A stretch of 61,995 nt of DNA, filler included, from Nemertoderma westbladi (lineage: Eukaryota > Animalia > Xenacoelomorpha): the NCBI GenBank assembly GCA_032718475.1. It is 3 parts of 3 records of this genome, joined end to end, with 100 filler letters (N's around TTAATTAATTAA, not from the genome) between each part and the next. Parts side by side here need not be neighbours in the genome. Positions count along the whole stretch, not along the records: positions 25,987 to 47,070 come from JAUCBJ010002576.1; 2 more parts are not named here. One strand, written 5' to 3'. The notes below the pieces were generated by a model that was given only the letters and a program-made list of their open reading frames with translations, was not told where the DNA came from and searched no databases. Numbering within the stretch: the stretch's first letter is position 1; the number at the start of each line of letters is the position of its first letter. Shown here in pieces: positions 34,090 to 47,170 of the stretch. A program made the position numbers and the translations under genes.

Positions 34090-37000
34090 ATCAATGTTTG
34101 TTTCCAGGTCTTTTTCTTTTTGGAGGGTCGCTTGCGACGTTTCGTTGGTGGGGAACCGTTATTTGGTGACGAAGGCGGGGAACTTTGCACTTGTAGCCCC
34201 TAAGCGGCGGAATTTGGTGAATGGTGAATTTCCAAAGAGTCTGGAGGGGGCGCGACTGTCCGCACAGTTGGTCCACCAGTGGATGTTCCCGGTTGAGGTT
34301 TGATAACTGTAGTTGCCGCGGGAACGGAATAACGTAATAACTTCATACCCTTTCGGCCTACTTTAGCCGGTGAAGATCTAGCGGAAGGGGGTAACGTGGA
34401 TTGTGCCGCTTTCTTGAGGATGGCGGCGGTGACCGGTCCTTAGAGGCTTGACTGTCTCTTCCGCAAGACGTACGGTATGACGGAGGTACGTAATGCGATC
34501 CAAAGTTTGTAATAACTCAGGATTGGTGGCGACGAACTCGTAAACAAGGTTGGAGTCTTTCCGAATAAAATTTCAAGGGGTTCATACGGCGAAGGAACGT
34601 GCGCATGTATTGGTGAGCTCCGAAACTGTTAACAGTAGTTGGTAGTCAAGAAGGTGGGATCATTGCGCTTCAATCGCAAAGGCGTAGGGGTTGAAGGCAA
34701 AGACTCCGCAATATGAGTGGGAAGACTCATAACTGATGATCGTGATTTGGTGTAAATCCGCGGAAGGTTCCCATAATTTACTATACTTTAGGAGGGATGT
34801 TTCATCATCCCATTGTGTCAAGTCGAAGGGGTAGGAGCCTGGGTCGTGTCCTTTTAATAGACATTTATCGCATTGTTCCGAAAATTGCAGACAGTTAAAG
34901 GATGTGTGATCATTAAACAATCTACAATACGGACAATGAAGGGGTAGGTCAGAACATTGGGAATATGTCTGACAAATCTCGCTGGTAAGTGGTGCTTTAT
35001 GCGCATGGGAGCCACATTGAATGCAGCGCTTCCGACCTTGTGATACGGCGGAATGAAAGGCAAATCTCGTTAATGGCTATGTATGGTCAAAGGTGCCACG
35101 GTATAATAAACTCGCCATCATCGTTTAACTCAGAGATGGGATGGATGGGTTTGGATTCTAATGTTGTCTACCGCTGAGTCATTTAAAAAGGAAGCTAACT
35201 GCTTATCCAAGGTTTGAACAATCGAAACCGAATACCCAGACTTGAGGATGGGGCACTCTAGAATAGTGGAATGTAGGTTTTTGACGCACAAATCCTTGAA
35301 TATGGCGAAACTCTTTCGGTTTAGGTCCTCAAAAGTGGACAAACGCTTATTGACCTGACCTGTCCCTTCAGAGCAGGGTCACAGAACTGGCTGTCGATGC
35401 CGAAGAAGGGGAATAAGAACCTTCAATAACATTCAAAACTTTGGAATTTCCCTTTACGATTAACTTTAGCAAGCTGGGTGCCGAGAAGTAAGGGGTGGGA
35501 CCTCAGAGTCCTACTACAAGTATCGGCTAACCAACCTGATCGGCAGAGTTCTCGTAAATCATGTAAATGGTGAGAGAAGGCTGAAGAGGGACACTAATGT
35601 TAGAATAAACGACATCAAGCTTGCCGGAGAGTTTAATAGGGTCATCTACGCCGATAGAGTTTCGAAGGGTGCTAAGGAACTCGGTAACCAAATAGTTACG
35701 ATTGACTGTGGAGGTCTCGGTGAAGGTGGGAGGGGGAGTCCACATGGATTCCTCGCGTTGCAGCAAGCTGCTGCGACCGATACCAACCATAGAGGGTTGG
35801 AGAGGGCACGGCTCTTCCTCTTGGTAACGGGGAGCTATCTGTTCCTCCATGACGAGGTCTCGGAAATACAGATACATGGCTTCGGAGAAGCTGGGGTCAG
35901 TCGGAGATAGCATCATGGGTTTCACCATAGGCAACATTGGGCTGGGGGAAAACACAGGGACGCGGATCATGGGTTTACGCACCCTCTGCAAATTATGTAA
36001 CTGTTTCTCATCAACGTTAAATCGATTCTCCTCAAACCCACCGTACGTATACTTGACGAAGCTATGGCAGGAGCATCATCGACGGGGGTGATTCGTAGGT
36101 GTAGTGGAGACCTGTTGGTTGGGATGTGGGCATTGACCGCACAAGTACCAGAGCCGGAAGTCAGTTTTGTTTGGGGGTGGAGACTGTACACCTGACACTG
36201 TATTCCTCCATGTCGTAGAAGGCATCAGGGATGACCGTGAGTGGGCGACCCTCGGTGAGATACATCATGGTGTGATAGAGTCCGGAGAGTTTATCAGGTT
36301 GTCGGGGGTTGCACCACGTGAAGGTGTGTCTGCGGTGTTTTGCAGTCTGGGAATGTACCTCAATTGTTCTAATTTAGTGCGGTTGAGTATCATGGATACT
36401 TGGTTTGTGATGTATACACTAAAACCACAAATGGTGTTAGTTAAGCTGCTTTCGTCCATAAAACTGTCCTGGAAATTATGAAGTCAGTATCGTCAAGGAT
36501 ATTTTTAGAGACAATCGTCGCAAATAATGCGGCCTTTAGTTCGGCCCTTGGGACAGTCAAGTCCTTGCTCTTAATCAGAGATTTGGACACGACAAGGGAC
36601 ACCCGAGTGTCTTGGGGTGTTGTAGCTCTATAGTAAGCTATGATGCCAATACCCTTGTCACTTGCATCGCCAAACACATGTAGTTGGTACGTGTGTGCTG
36701 GCAGAGCATTGGGGAAGTATGCTCGGGGTACCTGAAAGTTTTCAATATCAGGTAAGGCATTTTCCCACCTCGACCAGTTAATTAATAAATCTCCTGCCAG
36801 GGGTTCATCCCATGTAAGATTCTGGTCCCACATGGTTTTTACTATCTGGCTAGCTTCCAGAATTACAGGACTTATAAAACCTATAGGGTCGAACAATGTA
36901 CTTAATATGCTAAGACAAATACGCTTAGCTCCTGGACGCCTAACCTGGACCATTAAAAAACATTTCGTCCAGTTGCGTATCCCATCTATGACCGAGGGTT

Positions 37001-37760
37001 TTAGTTGCCGGTAGATTGTCTTTGCTTAGGTCTAAGTCGTGGCTGCCCGTTTCCTTATCGGGTATAGTTCACAGGAATTCCCGGGAGTTGCTGATGAACT
37101 TGGTTAAGCGGAAGCCACCTTTCTTCAAGCAGTTGACTGTTCCCTTTGCGATGGACACGGCTTATTGTACGGTAGGGACTGAGTGTAAGTTGTCATCCAT
37201 GTAAATATTACGTTTAATGTTGTTGATGGCTTCAGACTCATATAGGTGTTTGTTGTCATCTGCAGTGCGGGACACAATATGGCAGGTGTTGTAAGGGCTG
37301 TAAGTACTCTTTGGGTGGTTTAGTGACATCTCCTCCAGGCCACCAGAGGAGATGCAAACTATCCTGATCCTCCTGGGTGACTTTAACCTACAGGAACATC
37401 CCTTCGATATCTGAGGCAAAGGCGACATCAAATTGCCGTAATCGAATTAATATCCCTGGAAGTGAGCGCAATAAGTTAGGGCCGACCATTAGTTGATAGT
37501 TTAACAATTGTCCCTTATACAAGGCTGATCCATCAAAAACCACTCTGACTTTGTCTGTTTTATCAGGCCGTTTTGCATAATGGTGAGTTATGTAATAAGT
37601 GCGATCGGTTTGGGGATTATCAGGTAGCACCTCTATAGCGTATCCTTCACTAATAGTCTTAGTCATTTGTTCGTCATACATCCTATGGGCATTAGAATCA
37701 CTGGTTAAACATCTCTTTAGTTGGCTAAGGCATTTCTCAGCCAGGACGCGGTTATTCAAT
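34090..37760 (-). mobile_element. Decayed BEL/Pao LTR retrotransposon pol (RT, RNase H/A17 region, integrase)
   Basis: RVVFDGS..GPNLL..ASDIEGMFL, YMDD, LFDPIGFISP, LHVFGDASD, TVPRAEL, SYCGV.AF.PY; many stops and frameshifts. Confidence 0.9.
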
Positions 37761-37914
37761 TAATTAAATAATTATTATGCCTCCTTTTATTATCAACGAT
37801 TTATTGTAACAATAATAATTCATTAGAAATAATTATTACAACGCACCCAAATAAATAACATGGAATTAAATTAATTAATTCAGTCCACAAGTTAATTACC
37901 GGTAAGTAATAAGT

Positions 37915-40900
37915 CCAGGTCAGGTCAGGTCCCCAGATCCTGCTACCACTATGACAGTAATGTGGTTCTACCTGTAGCTGTCAGCCCAGTAGGGCAGGCC
38001 CGATAAGCATAGCCTATTCATTATTTAGTTGATCAAGAGTGGGTTGGTTTAGCCCCGTCAACTAAATAAGTCATTGAGGGCTATAGCGCCTTGGGCACCA
38101 TTGAAGGCAAAGGCTTGATACGCATCTGCATTAGAGATGATACACGCCCTACCCTGTCTATACTGGATGCTCCTCTACCAGTGTTAGGTAACCTAACCCA
38201 GGAGGCACACTTGGTTCAGGGTGTAACAAATGGACCCCTACAGTCGGCAGCAGGGCTGTAGCCATGGATAGGCGGAAGGTAATCAACCAACGACTAGACA
38301 TGCTGACAAGGTCGGCGGAAGGTAATCAACCAACGGCGACCTACTGCGAAGATGCTTGTAGGAGTTGCGACCACAAGCGGATTACTTCCGCAACTGAAAG
38401 ATATGAGTATGAGAACCCTCCAGGAGAAATACCGGCTCGGTCGTCGCCCGGGTCAACAAGGACCGCATCCCTCAGTGGTACACCAGACCGGGGTCGATAA
38501 ATTGGCTACTGGAACAGAAGACAGAGAAGAAAGAAGAACCAACCTGTTGAAATGTAAAAAGACACTAAAGATTGCTACAATAAACGCACGCACGCTGAAA
38601 ACACATACCAAACAGGGTGACATGGTCGCTCTGGCAATGGAATATAACATCGACATCACCTGCATCCAAGAACATCGGATTTGTCATGAAGACACTGCCA
38701 TGAAGTACAATGACATTCGAAATGGATGGACGTCAGTAACAAGCTCAGCAGTAAGAAACTCAGCCAATGCATCAATTGGTGGAGTAGGAATTCTGCTAAG
38801 CCCATTTGAACTTAAGACCCTAAACAACATCAAATCTATAAATTCCAGGGTTATGATCGCAACATTTGATGGGAATCCCAAGGCAACAGTTGTATGTTGC
38901 TACAGTCCAACCAATGCCTCAGAGCCAGAACAAGCAGTCAAGTTTTATGAAGAACTGACTGGACTTATAAAGGACATTCCGAAACACAATGTTAAAGTCA
39001 TTGCTGGTGACCTGAATGTGCAAATTGGCCCAGAAGACATCAAGGGTTATACCTATAACACCAGTTCTAACAGAAATGGGTACTTACTTTTAGACCTAAT
39101 GGAAGAATCTGAATTGATACCAACAAACAACACATTCGAAAAGAGTAAGGGGAAGCTATGGACCTTTCAATACCCTAATGGAACCAAAGCACAACTGGAT
39201 TACATCCTTATAAACAAAAAGTGGAGAAACAGCATGATCAACTGCGAGGCATACAGCTCGTTCAACCTAATTGGTTCGGACCACAGAATTGTGACTGCAG
39301 AGATCAGACTCAGTTTGAGAGCCAGCAAACCCACGAGCAAGCAAATCAAATATGACTGGGAGAAACTCAGAACTGACAATGCTGTAAAGGATGCTTATAC
39401 AGTAGAAGTTCAAAACCGCTTTGAAGCACTTCAGTCAATGTATGAAGACCAATCCACCAATTCAATATACCAGAATATAATAACAACCCACAAGAAATCA
39501 GCTAAGAGGCATATCCCCCAGAAACCCAAACGAAAACAGTATGTGCCATGGCAAAACTCTGAGGTTACTTGTAAGAGAGAAGATCTTAAGATAGCCTACA
39601 AAGTTAAAACCGAACAACCAACAACCGAAAACATTAACAAGGTTGAGAAAGCTAAGGACGATCTTAAATTGGCCTACAACATCAGCCAGGAAAAGTAAAT
39701 AAAATAAAACTGAAGCAATTACAACTGCTCACATACAGCAACAATCAAGACTTACCTAGCAAACTGTAAATGAGGTATCTGGTCGGAAAAGTTGTGCAAA
39801 GGGGCGCCTCAAAGCCGATAGTCCTGAAGAACATGTTGGGAAGTGGAAAAATCACTTCAGTAACTTACTTGGGCAGCCACCAAACATCAAGGTCAGCCCT
39901 ACAAGGAAAATATATGACAAGACACTACCTATAGAAATAGGGGACTTCACACCTGCCGCACTCCAAAGAAGCATTAAAAACATGTCCAATAATAAAGCGA
40001 GTGGATTAGATGAAATCCCAGCAGAGGTATGGAAAACTGGAGTGCTAAACAGACCATTATTGAATGTTTGCAACCGGATGTTAAAAGGGGAAAAGCCACC
40101 ACCAATTTGGACTAAAGGTCAACTAATGCCTCTCCCCAAGAAAGGAGACCTCGGCATACCAACAAACTATCGTGGGATCTGTCTGCTTGTTGTAGCTGCC
40201 AAAATATACAATAAATTGATTCTATATAGGATTATGCCTCACATAGAGAAACTACTGCGTAAGAGCCAAAACGGATTTCGACCAAGTAGATCAACAATAG
40301 CTCAGATACTTGCACTACGGAGACTGATTGAAGGAATTAAGTCAAAGAATCTCCCCGCAGTCATGACTTTTATGGACTTCAAGAAGGCATTCGACTCCAT
40401 CCATAGAGGTAAAATGCTTGAAATCGTAAGAGCTTATGGAATACCAGAAGTAATTGTTGCAGGCATTGGATTGTTATATTGTGACACAGAAGCGCAGGTA
40501 CTCTCACCAGATGGTGAAACTGAGTTTTTCTCAATCCTGGCTGGCGTACTGCAAGGTGACACATTAGCACCATTACTATTTGTAATTATGCTGGATTACG
40601 CAATGAGGACGGCCACAAAGGGTGAAGATCTGGGATTCACACTTCAAGAACGCAAAAGTAGTAGATATCCGGCAACCACAGTCACAGACATCGACTTTGC
40701 GGATGACATCGCCCTGCTCTCTAATACGCTAGCAGATGCACAGCTTCTACTAAATAAAGTGGAGAGGGCTGCTACGGAGGTTGGATTGCATATAAATGCT
40801 AAAAAGACCGAATTCATGAGCTTTAATGTAGATGGAAACTTGACAACCATTGATAATAATCAACTAAGGAAGGTCGATGACTTCCAGTACTGGATAGAGA

Positions 40901-41435
40901 GTAGCAAAAAGGACATAGAAGTTAGGAAAGCAAAGGCTTGGGTAGCTCTATCAAAAATGGATACCATCTGGAAATCAGATCTCTCCAGGCACCTGAAGAC
41001 TAAGTTCTTTCGAGCCACAGTGGAAAGTGTATTTTTATACGGGGGTGAGACCTGGACACTGACTAAATCACTTGAACAACGAATTGATGGTTGCTACACA
41101 ATACTACTAAGGGCAACCCTAAACATCAGCTGGAGACAACACATGACAAACGCTGAGCTTTATGGTACAATACCACCTGTATCAACCACCCTCCGTGAAT
41201 GCAGATTAAGATTCAGTGGGCACTGCTGGCGAAGTAAAGACGAGGTCATACCAGATCTACTTCTCTGGCAACCAACTCATGGAAAGCATAGTCGTGGACG
41301 ACCGGCCATAACATATATAGATCAACTTGAAAGGGATACTGAACTTGGGAGAAACGAAATTGCGACAATTATGGAGAATCGGGAAGCTTGGAAGGATCTC
41401 ATTTCCACTATCTGAGTTCGCTCGACCTAGTAGTT
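37915..41435 (+). mobile_element. Near full-length RTE-clade LINE, inactivated
   Basis: 13-bp TSD GTAAGTAATAAGT at 37902-37914 and 41436-41448; short (TAG)n tail. Confidence 0.93.
38352..41415 (+). pseudogene. RTE APE-RT ORF broken by stops/frameshift near 39700-39980
   Basis: ATINARTL, IQEHR, GDLN, QLDYIL, SDHR; then NYRGI, DFKKAFDS, QGDTLAP, FADD. Confidence 0.92.
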
Positions 41436-41782
41436 GTAAGTAATAAGTATACAACCGATAATTTATCAACTTTATTAACTCAAATTATGATTAATCAAAT
41501 AGTTAATCAAATGGTTAATCAAATTATTAACAACAAGAGAAGGTGGTATAAGCAAGGCAGTTAACTACCACTATAGAATGTATGCAGTAAGCGACCTTCC
41601 CATGTAACACGCCCAATCAACAGGATGGGTGAGGGCTAGCAAGCTAGGACAATGTTTCCTATGGGGTAGCACAGCCTACCTATTAGCAGCAACCAACTGA
41701 GCAGGGAGTGTAAGCCTAGGCTGTAGTCAATGGTTACACAGAGGTAGGACAGTCATGTGACACAATATTGCTTGCAGAGACG

Positions 41783-42290
41783 ACAAATCTGATGCAATTG
41801 TCCAGATTATCACTGATACTTAATTATAGTGACCCACCTGTTGTGGCGCGTATAAAACTTTCTTGATTCCGTAATATCGGCGATATATTAAGCAAAGATG
41901 ACAGCAAATTGAGTTCAACGACAGAATATCAGTTATAATATACGTAAATAAAGTTCAATTATTAACAATGAATTTATAATGTGACCAAGACACAGACATT
42001 AACACAAAGGCATAAAGGCATGTTATAAATGCTAGTCATCAGAAATTTGACCAGCGGGTGAAGGCCTGCTGTGGGAGATGGACTCCGTTGCAGTAGGTAA
42101 TGTACTGAGTGAGCAAAACATCCAACCAGCAGAGATTATATACCAGGTTAACATAATAGAATAATACGAGCCAATGAGTCATTACAAACCTCAGCGAACA
42201 TCATATCACAGGTAGAATATGCATATAATGGCACTAGATGGCGTAAAAACCCTCAACAAAGAATTATTCAACAGGAATAGTCAATATTAC
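41783..42290. repeat. Direct repeat copy 2, candidate LTR of the BEL/Pao element
   Basis: Colinear with 33624-34074; ends ...ATTACA (TG start on the minus strand). Confidence 0.55.
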
Positions 42291-42700
42291 ACCGTGACTA
42301 GCTTTATCAATAAAAAATGTTGTTTTGGACTAAAAATCAGTAAAATAAGTAATCTAAAGGCAGAATCCATGAATGCATCAACACAAAATTCAAGTCCAAT
42401 TATACATAATTACAAATATTCACTATTATTTATCCAACATGTACGTTATAGCTTCCCGAATACAAATCCAAACCTTTTTTTTCTACCACAAATTAAGTAA
42501 ATCATCCCTACTAATTAACAAAACCGTTTAACAATTTTTTCATAAAAAAAAATTCTGCAACAGTTTTCATAAAAGTACCAAATTTAGAGGTTCTCTTTCA
42601 AAAACTAAGTTCTCCATACCTGCAATTAATTAATTCACCTTTTTAACTTTGACCTCGTTATATCATCAACATTATGACTATTTGCCTTAAATGCTTACAG

Positions 42701-43002
42701 GAAAGAAAATGGAGTGGAAATCAATGCTCTATGTTGTAAGAAAGGCGACTATTTTCTAAGATGCCAAATAAAGAAATCTGAACCAAGTTCAAGTGATTAC
42801 AATGCTAAAGCTAAGGCGACTTGTCCCGCTAACTACTTTGCTACTGGTTGCGGGTATATGCCTAACCCCTATCCTGGGTTTGTTAACACGACTGGTGGTT
42901 CAGACGTTGGCAATGGAGGATTGGAGTGGAGTATTAAATTTGGTGCCTTGGATCCAGGTAGTGAATGGGAAAATATGAAGGCCAATGGAGCCTACATTGA
43001 CA
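42701..43002 (+). CDS. Isolated internal exon of a Cys-rich extracellular protein (PCSK9 C-terminal/resistin-like module pattern)
   Basis: cttacag acceptor, gtaagt donor. INALCC..LRCQIKKS..AKATCPANYFATGCG. Confidence 0.55.
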
Positions 43003-43829
43003 GTAAGTATTTTTTATTAGAGATACACCGCCACACTGAACATTACAATTTATTATTATTCAATATTAAAAATTAAATTAAATAAGATGAGTTTAAATGA
43101 AACAATAAATTAAAAGTTTATCTTAAGTTGTACAACGGGGACATTCTAACGACACTACCCCTCACGAGCCAATGACGGAAAAACACACGAAGACATACTC
43201 CTAGCTAGGCACATATACGGTTGTGGTTTAGAAAATCTACGCACCGCAAACATAAAACAATTCACAAACATACCCGAACTACTAGCGACGGAAGCTAACC
43301 TAATCTATACATACAACCCCCCACTTAACGTAGCAAGACCAGCTATCTAAATCCACTGTTTTATATAATACACCCTATATTCTATATCTTACATACTCTC
43401 CCAAGGCTCTATGATAAATTGCATATTAACTAACCCTAATAAAATTATTAATGTGGATAATCGTGTATTCGTTTTAATCGTGTTAATCCTTTAATTCGTG
43501 TATATTACTGTAATATACAGAAATACTAATACTGTAGCTACTGTTTTATGGTTGAATGTTTTTGAATTTAGTGCAATGATACCCCCAACTTAGAGTATTA
43601 TATAATAACTATTATAGTGTTATAGTAGCATTATATAGTATTATATAATGTACACAAGATTCGTATGTCAGGCGCGGATCCACAATAGGGGCGCGTGGCG
43701 CCGCACACCATAGATTTTTTGAGAAAGAAAATAAAAAGAGTAAAATTTATAAAAAAATTTATAAAAATAATTTTTTTTTTAGATTTACTATTAATTGATA
43801 GTTACGATAAAACCCAAGCGGAATCCACA

Positions 43830-46065
43830 TTCACAACTTCCATCTCCATACCATCATCCACAATATAAAATTGCTGTAAACCTTCCCAAGGGCGCGGCGC
43901 TCCATGTAGGCAGTTCACCACCATGGGCGATCTTCCACATTAAACCATTACACTCTGTTTCCTAAAGGAATGCATGTTCATCACCATGGGTGATCTTCCA
44001 CAGTAAACCCTTCCACTCTGGTTCCTAAAGGAATGCTGGAATGCCTGTTCACCACCATGGGTGATCTTCCACAGTAAACCCTTCCACTCTGTTTCCTAAA
44101 GGAATGCCTGTTCACCACCATGGGCGATCTTCCACATTAAACCATTACACTCTGTTTCCTAAAGGAATGCATGTTCATCACCATGGGTGATCTTCCACAG
44201 TAAACCCTTCCACTCTGGTTCCTAAAGGAATGCCTGTTCACCACCATGGGTGATCTTCCACAGAAAACCCTTCCACTCTGGTTCCTAAAGGAATGCTGGA
44301 ATGCCTGATCACCACCATGGGTGATCTTCCACAGTAAAACCTTCCACTCTGGTTCCTATAGGAATCCCTGTTCACATCCATGGGTGATCTGATCTTCCAC
44401 ATTAATCCCTTCCACTCTGTTTCCTAAAGGAATGCTGGTTCACCACCATGGGTGATCTTCCACATTAAACCATTCCACTCTGTTTTCTAAAGCAATGCCT
44501 GTTCACCACCATTGGTGATCTTCCACAGTAAACCCTTCCACTCTGTTTCCTAAAGAATTGCCTGTTCACCACCATGGGTGATCTTCCACAGTAAACCCTT
44601 CCACTCTGTATCCTAAAGGAATGCCTGTTCACCACCATGGGTGATCTTGCACAGTAAAGTCTTCCACTCCGTTTCCTAAAGGAATGCCTGTTCACCACCA
44701 TGGGCGATCTTCCACATTAAACCATTACACTCTGTTTCCTAAAGGAATGCATGTTCATCACCATGGGTGATCTTCCACAGTAAACCCTTCCATTCTGGTT
44801 CCTAAAGGAATGCTGGAATGCCTGTTCACCACCATGGGTGATCTTCCATAGTAAACCCTTCCACTCTGTTTCCTAAAGGAATGCCGAATGCCTGTTCACC
44901 ACCATGGGCGATCTTCCACATTAAACCATTACACTATGTTTCCTAAAGGAATGTATGTTCACCACTATGGGTGATCTTCCACAGTAAACCCTTCCACTCT
45001 GTTTCCTAAAGGAATGCTGGTTCACCACCATGGGTGATCTTCACATTAAACCATTCCACTCTGTTTTCTAAAGCAATGCCTGTTCACCACCATTGGTGAT
45101 CTTCCACAGTAAACCCTTCCACTCTGTTTCCTAAAGAATTGCCTGTTCACCACCATGGGTGATCTTCCACAGTAAACCATTCCACTCTGTATCCTAAAGG
45201 ATGCCTGTTCACCACCATGGGTGATCTTCCACAGTAAACCCTTCCACTCTGTATCCCAAAGGAATGCCTGTTCACCACCATGGGCGATCTTCCACATTAA
45301 ACCATTACACTCTGTTTCCTAAAGGAATGCATGTTCATCACCATGGGTGATCTTCCACAGTAAACCCTTCCACTCTGGTTCCTAAAGAAATGCTGGAATG
45401 CCTGTTCACCACCATGGGTGATCTTCCACAGTAAACCCTTCCACTCTGTTTCCTAAAGGAATGCCTGTTCACCACCATGGGCGATCTTCCACATTAAACC
45501 ATTACACTATGTTTCCTAAAGGAATGTCTGTTCACCACTATGGGTGATCTTCCACAGTAAAACCTTCCACTCTGGTTCCTATAGGAATCCCTGTTCACCA
45601 CCAAGGGTGATCTGATCTTCCACATTAAACCCTTCCACTCTGTTTCCTAAAGCAATGCCTGTTCACCACCATTGGTGATATTCCACAGTAAACCCTTCCA
45701 CTCTGTTTCCTAAAGAAATGCCTGTTCACCACCATGAGTGATCTTCCACAGTAAAACCTACCTCTCTGTTTCTTAAAGGAATCTCTGTTCACCACTATGG
45801 TTGATCTTCCACAGTAAAATCTTCCACTCTGGTTCCTATAGGAATGCCTGTTCACCACCATGGGTGATCAGTCACAGTAAACCCTTCCACTATATTTCCC
45901 AAGTTGCCTTGGTTCCCATTTACCGACCAATCAATGATGAAAGCCCGGGTTGGGCTAGGCTGCAGCATTTAAAGTAGAGTGCCCAAATAGTGCTGCCCCC
46001 ATCTAGGGATCGAACCAGGGCTTCCTGAATGGAAGCCCAGGAATGCAACCACTAGATCAAGCTGC
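43830..46065 (-). mobile_element. tRNA-derived SINE containing an internal minisatellite expansion
   Basis: Minus-strand head with A box TGATCTAGTGG and B box GGTTCGATCC at ~45995-46065. The 3' boundary is approximate. Confidence 0.65.
43913..45890. repeat. ~63-bp minisatellite (~31 units), GTTCACCACCATGGGTGATCTTCCACAGTAAACCCTTCCACTCTGTTTCCTAAAGGAATGCCT
   Basis: 63-bp period (44047, 44110); recurrent variants such as a duplicated GGAATGC. Confidence 0.96.
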
Positions 46066-47070
46066 TTATTAGTTATAGTAATTAGTTACTAATTATTATT
46101 TAATATATAGGCCCATGACTTAAAGAAATTATTATTAATTCATCTCCTAGAATTAATAACTGCCAATCCTTTAAATGTTCAATGAGTAAAATAAATATTT
46201 TATAATTTTGAAAAAATATTTATAGTTATCGAAAATCATCAATAATTAATAGAAAATATCAGATAATCGATTGAAACATTTTATTATTTTTGCATGAAAT
46301 TTTTTATATTAAAATCTAAATAAAAATTCGTCCCCTTTACCCCCACCAAGGCTACAGGGGTTCTGCCCCCCGGAAACCGCTGGGGCAGCGCCCTTAGACG
46401 AGACCAAAAGATAAACTTCACAAATTGTGCGCACCATAGAAATTAAATTCCTGGATCCGCCCCTGGCGTATGTAACCAACTACATTGCCCTCTATAGCGA
46501 AATTCCGGGGTCTTTATGTGCTTTTCCTATCTTCTTTTTTGTTTTTGTTTTTGTCTTCGGTTTTCTGTTTCTTGTTTTTTTCCTAATCTGTAAAAATTCC
46601 CCGGCAACCCCTCACCTTAACCCTATAAAACCCGGGGGGGGGTTCAATATGAGCCCCCCCATGGTTTTTTTATTATAATTCTGAAACAAACGTACAGTAG
46701 TTGGGAATCTGAAATTTTATGACTTTTCGTTAAAATCTATTGTCTTCGTAGTAGTGAAAATCGTTTTCAAAAATATTGGGTAATTTTCGAGTTATATCAT
46801 ATATAGAACATGCTGCTTCTAGTGTTGGTCTTTTTATTAACTCCCGAAAGACCAAAATTTTGACAGTTAACTTTGAAAGTCCTCAGCAAGTCTCTGATCG
46901 GATGAGCATAAGCTCAAAGGATGGTATTACATAATGAATTTATTAATTAATCAATATATATATAAGGCCGTTTAATAAAATAGGTTTAAAAGTTAACAAC
47001 TGGTTGGTGTGCTAAAGGTCACAGAGAAGTACACCGTCTCCCTTAATACATACAACAAGCATATTTGGCT

Positions 47071-47170
47071 NNNNNNNNNNNNNNNNNNNNNNNNNNNNNN
47101 NNNNNNNNNNNNNNTTAATTAATTAANNNNNNNNNNNNNNNNNNNNNNNNNNNNNNNNNNNNNNNNNNNN
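47071..47170. other. Scaffold gap, 100 bp with artificial TTAATTAATTAA spacer
   Basis: Identical structure to the first gap. Confidence 0.97.

Larger units (their letters stand above)
43669..46465. mobile_element. hAT-type non-autonomous element (MITE) enlarged by nested insertions
   Basis: TIRs CAGGCGCGGATCCA / TGGATCCGCCCCTG. 8-bp TSD TCGTATGT (43661-43668) and GCGTATGT (46466-46473). Confidence 0.75.

Noticed and set aside
44465-45861. ORFs with a 21-aa repeat (MVVNRHSFRKQSGRVYCGRSP)
   Set aside because: Translation of the 63-bp minisatellite; the frame is repeatedly broken by indels.
45995-46065. tRNA gene (also 60160-60232)
   Set aside because: A/B boxes are present but I cannot build a full cloverleaf, and SINE-like body sequence follows.
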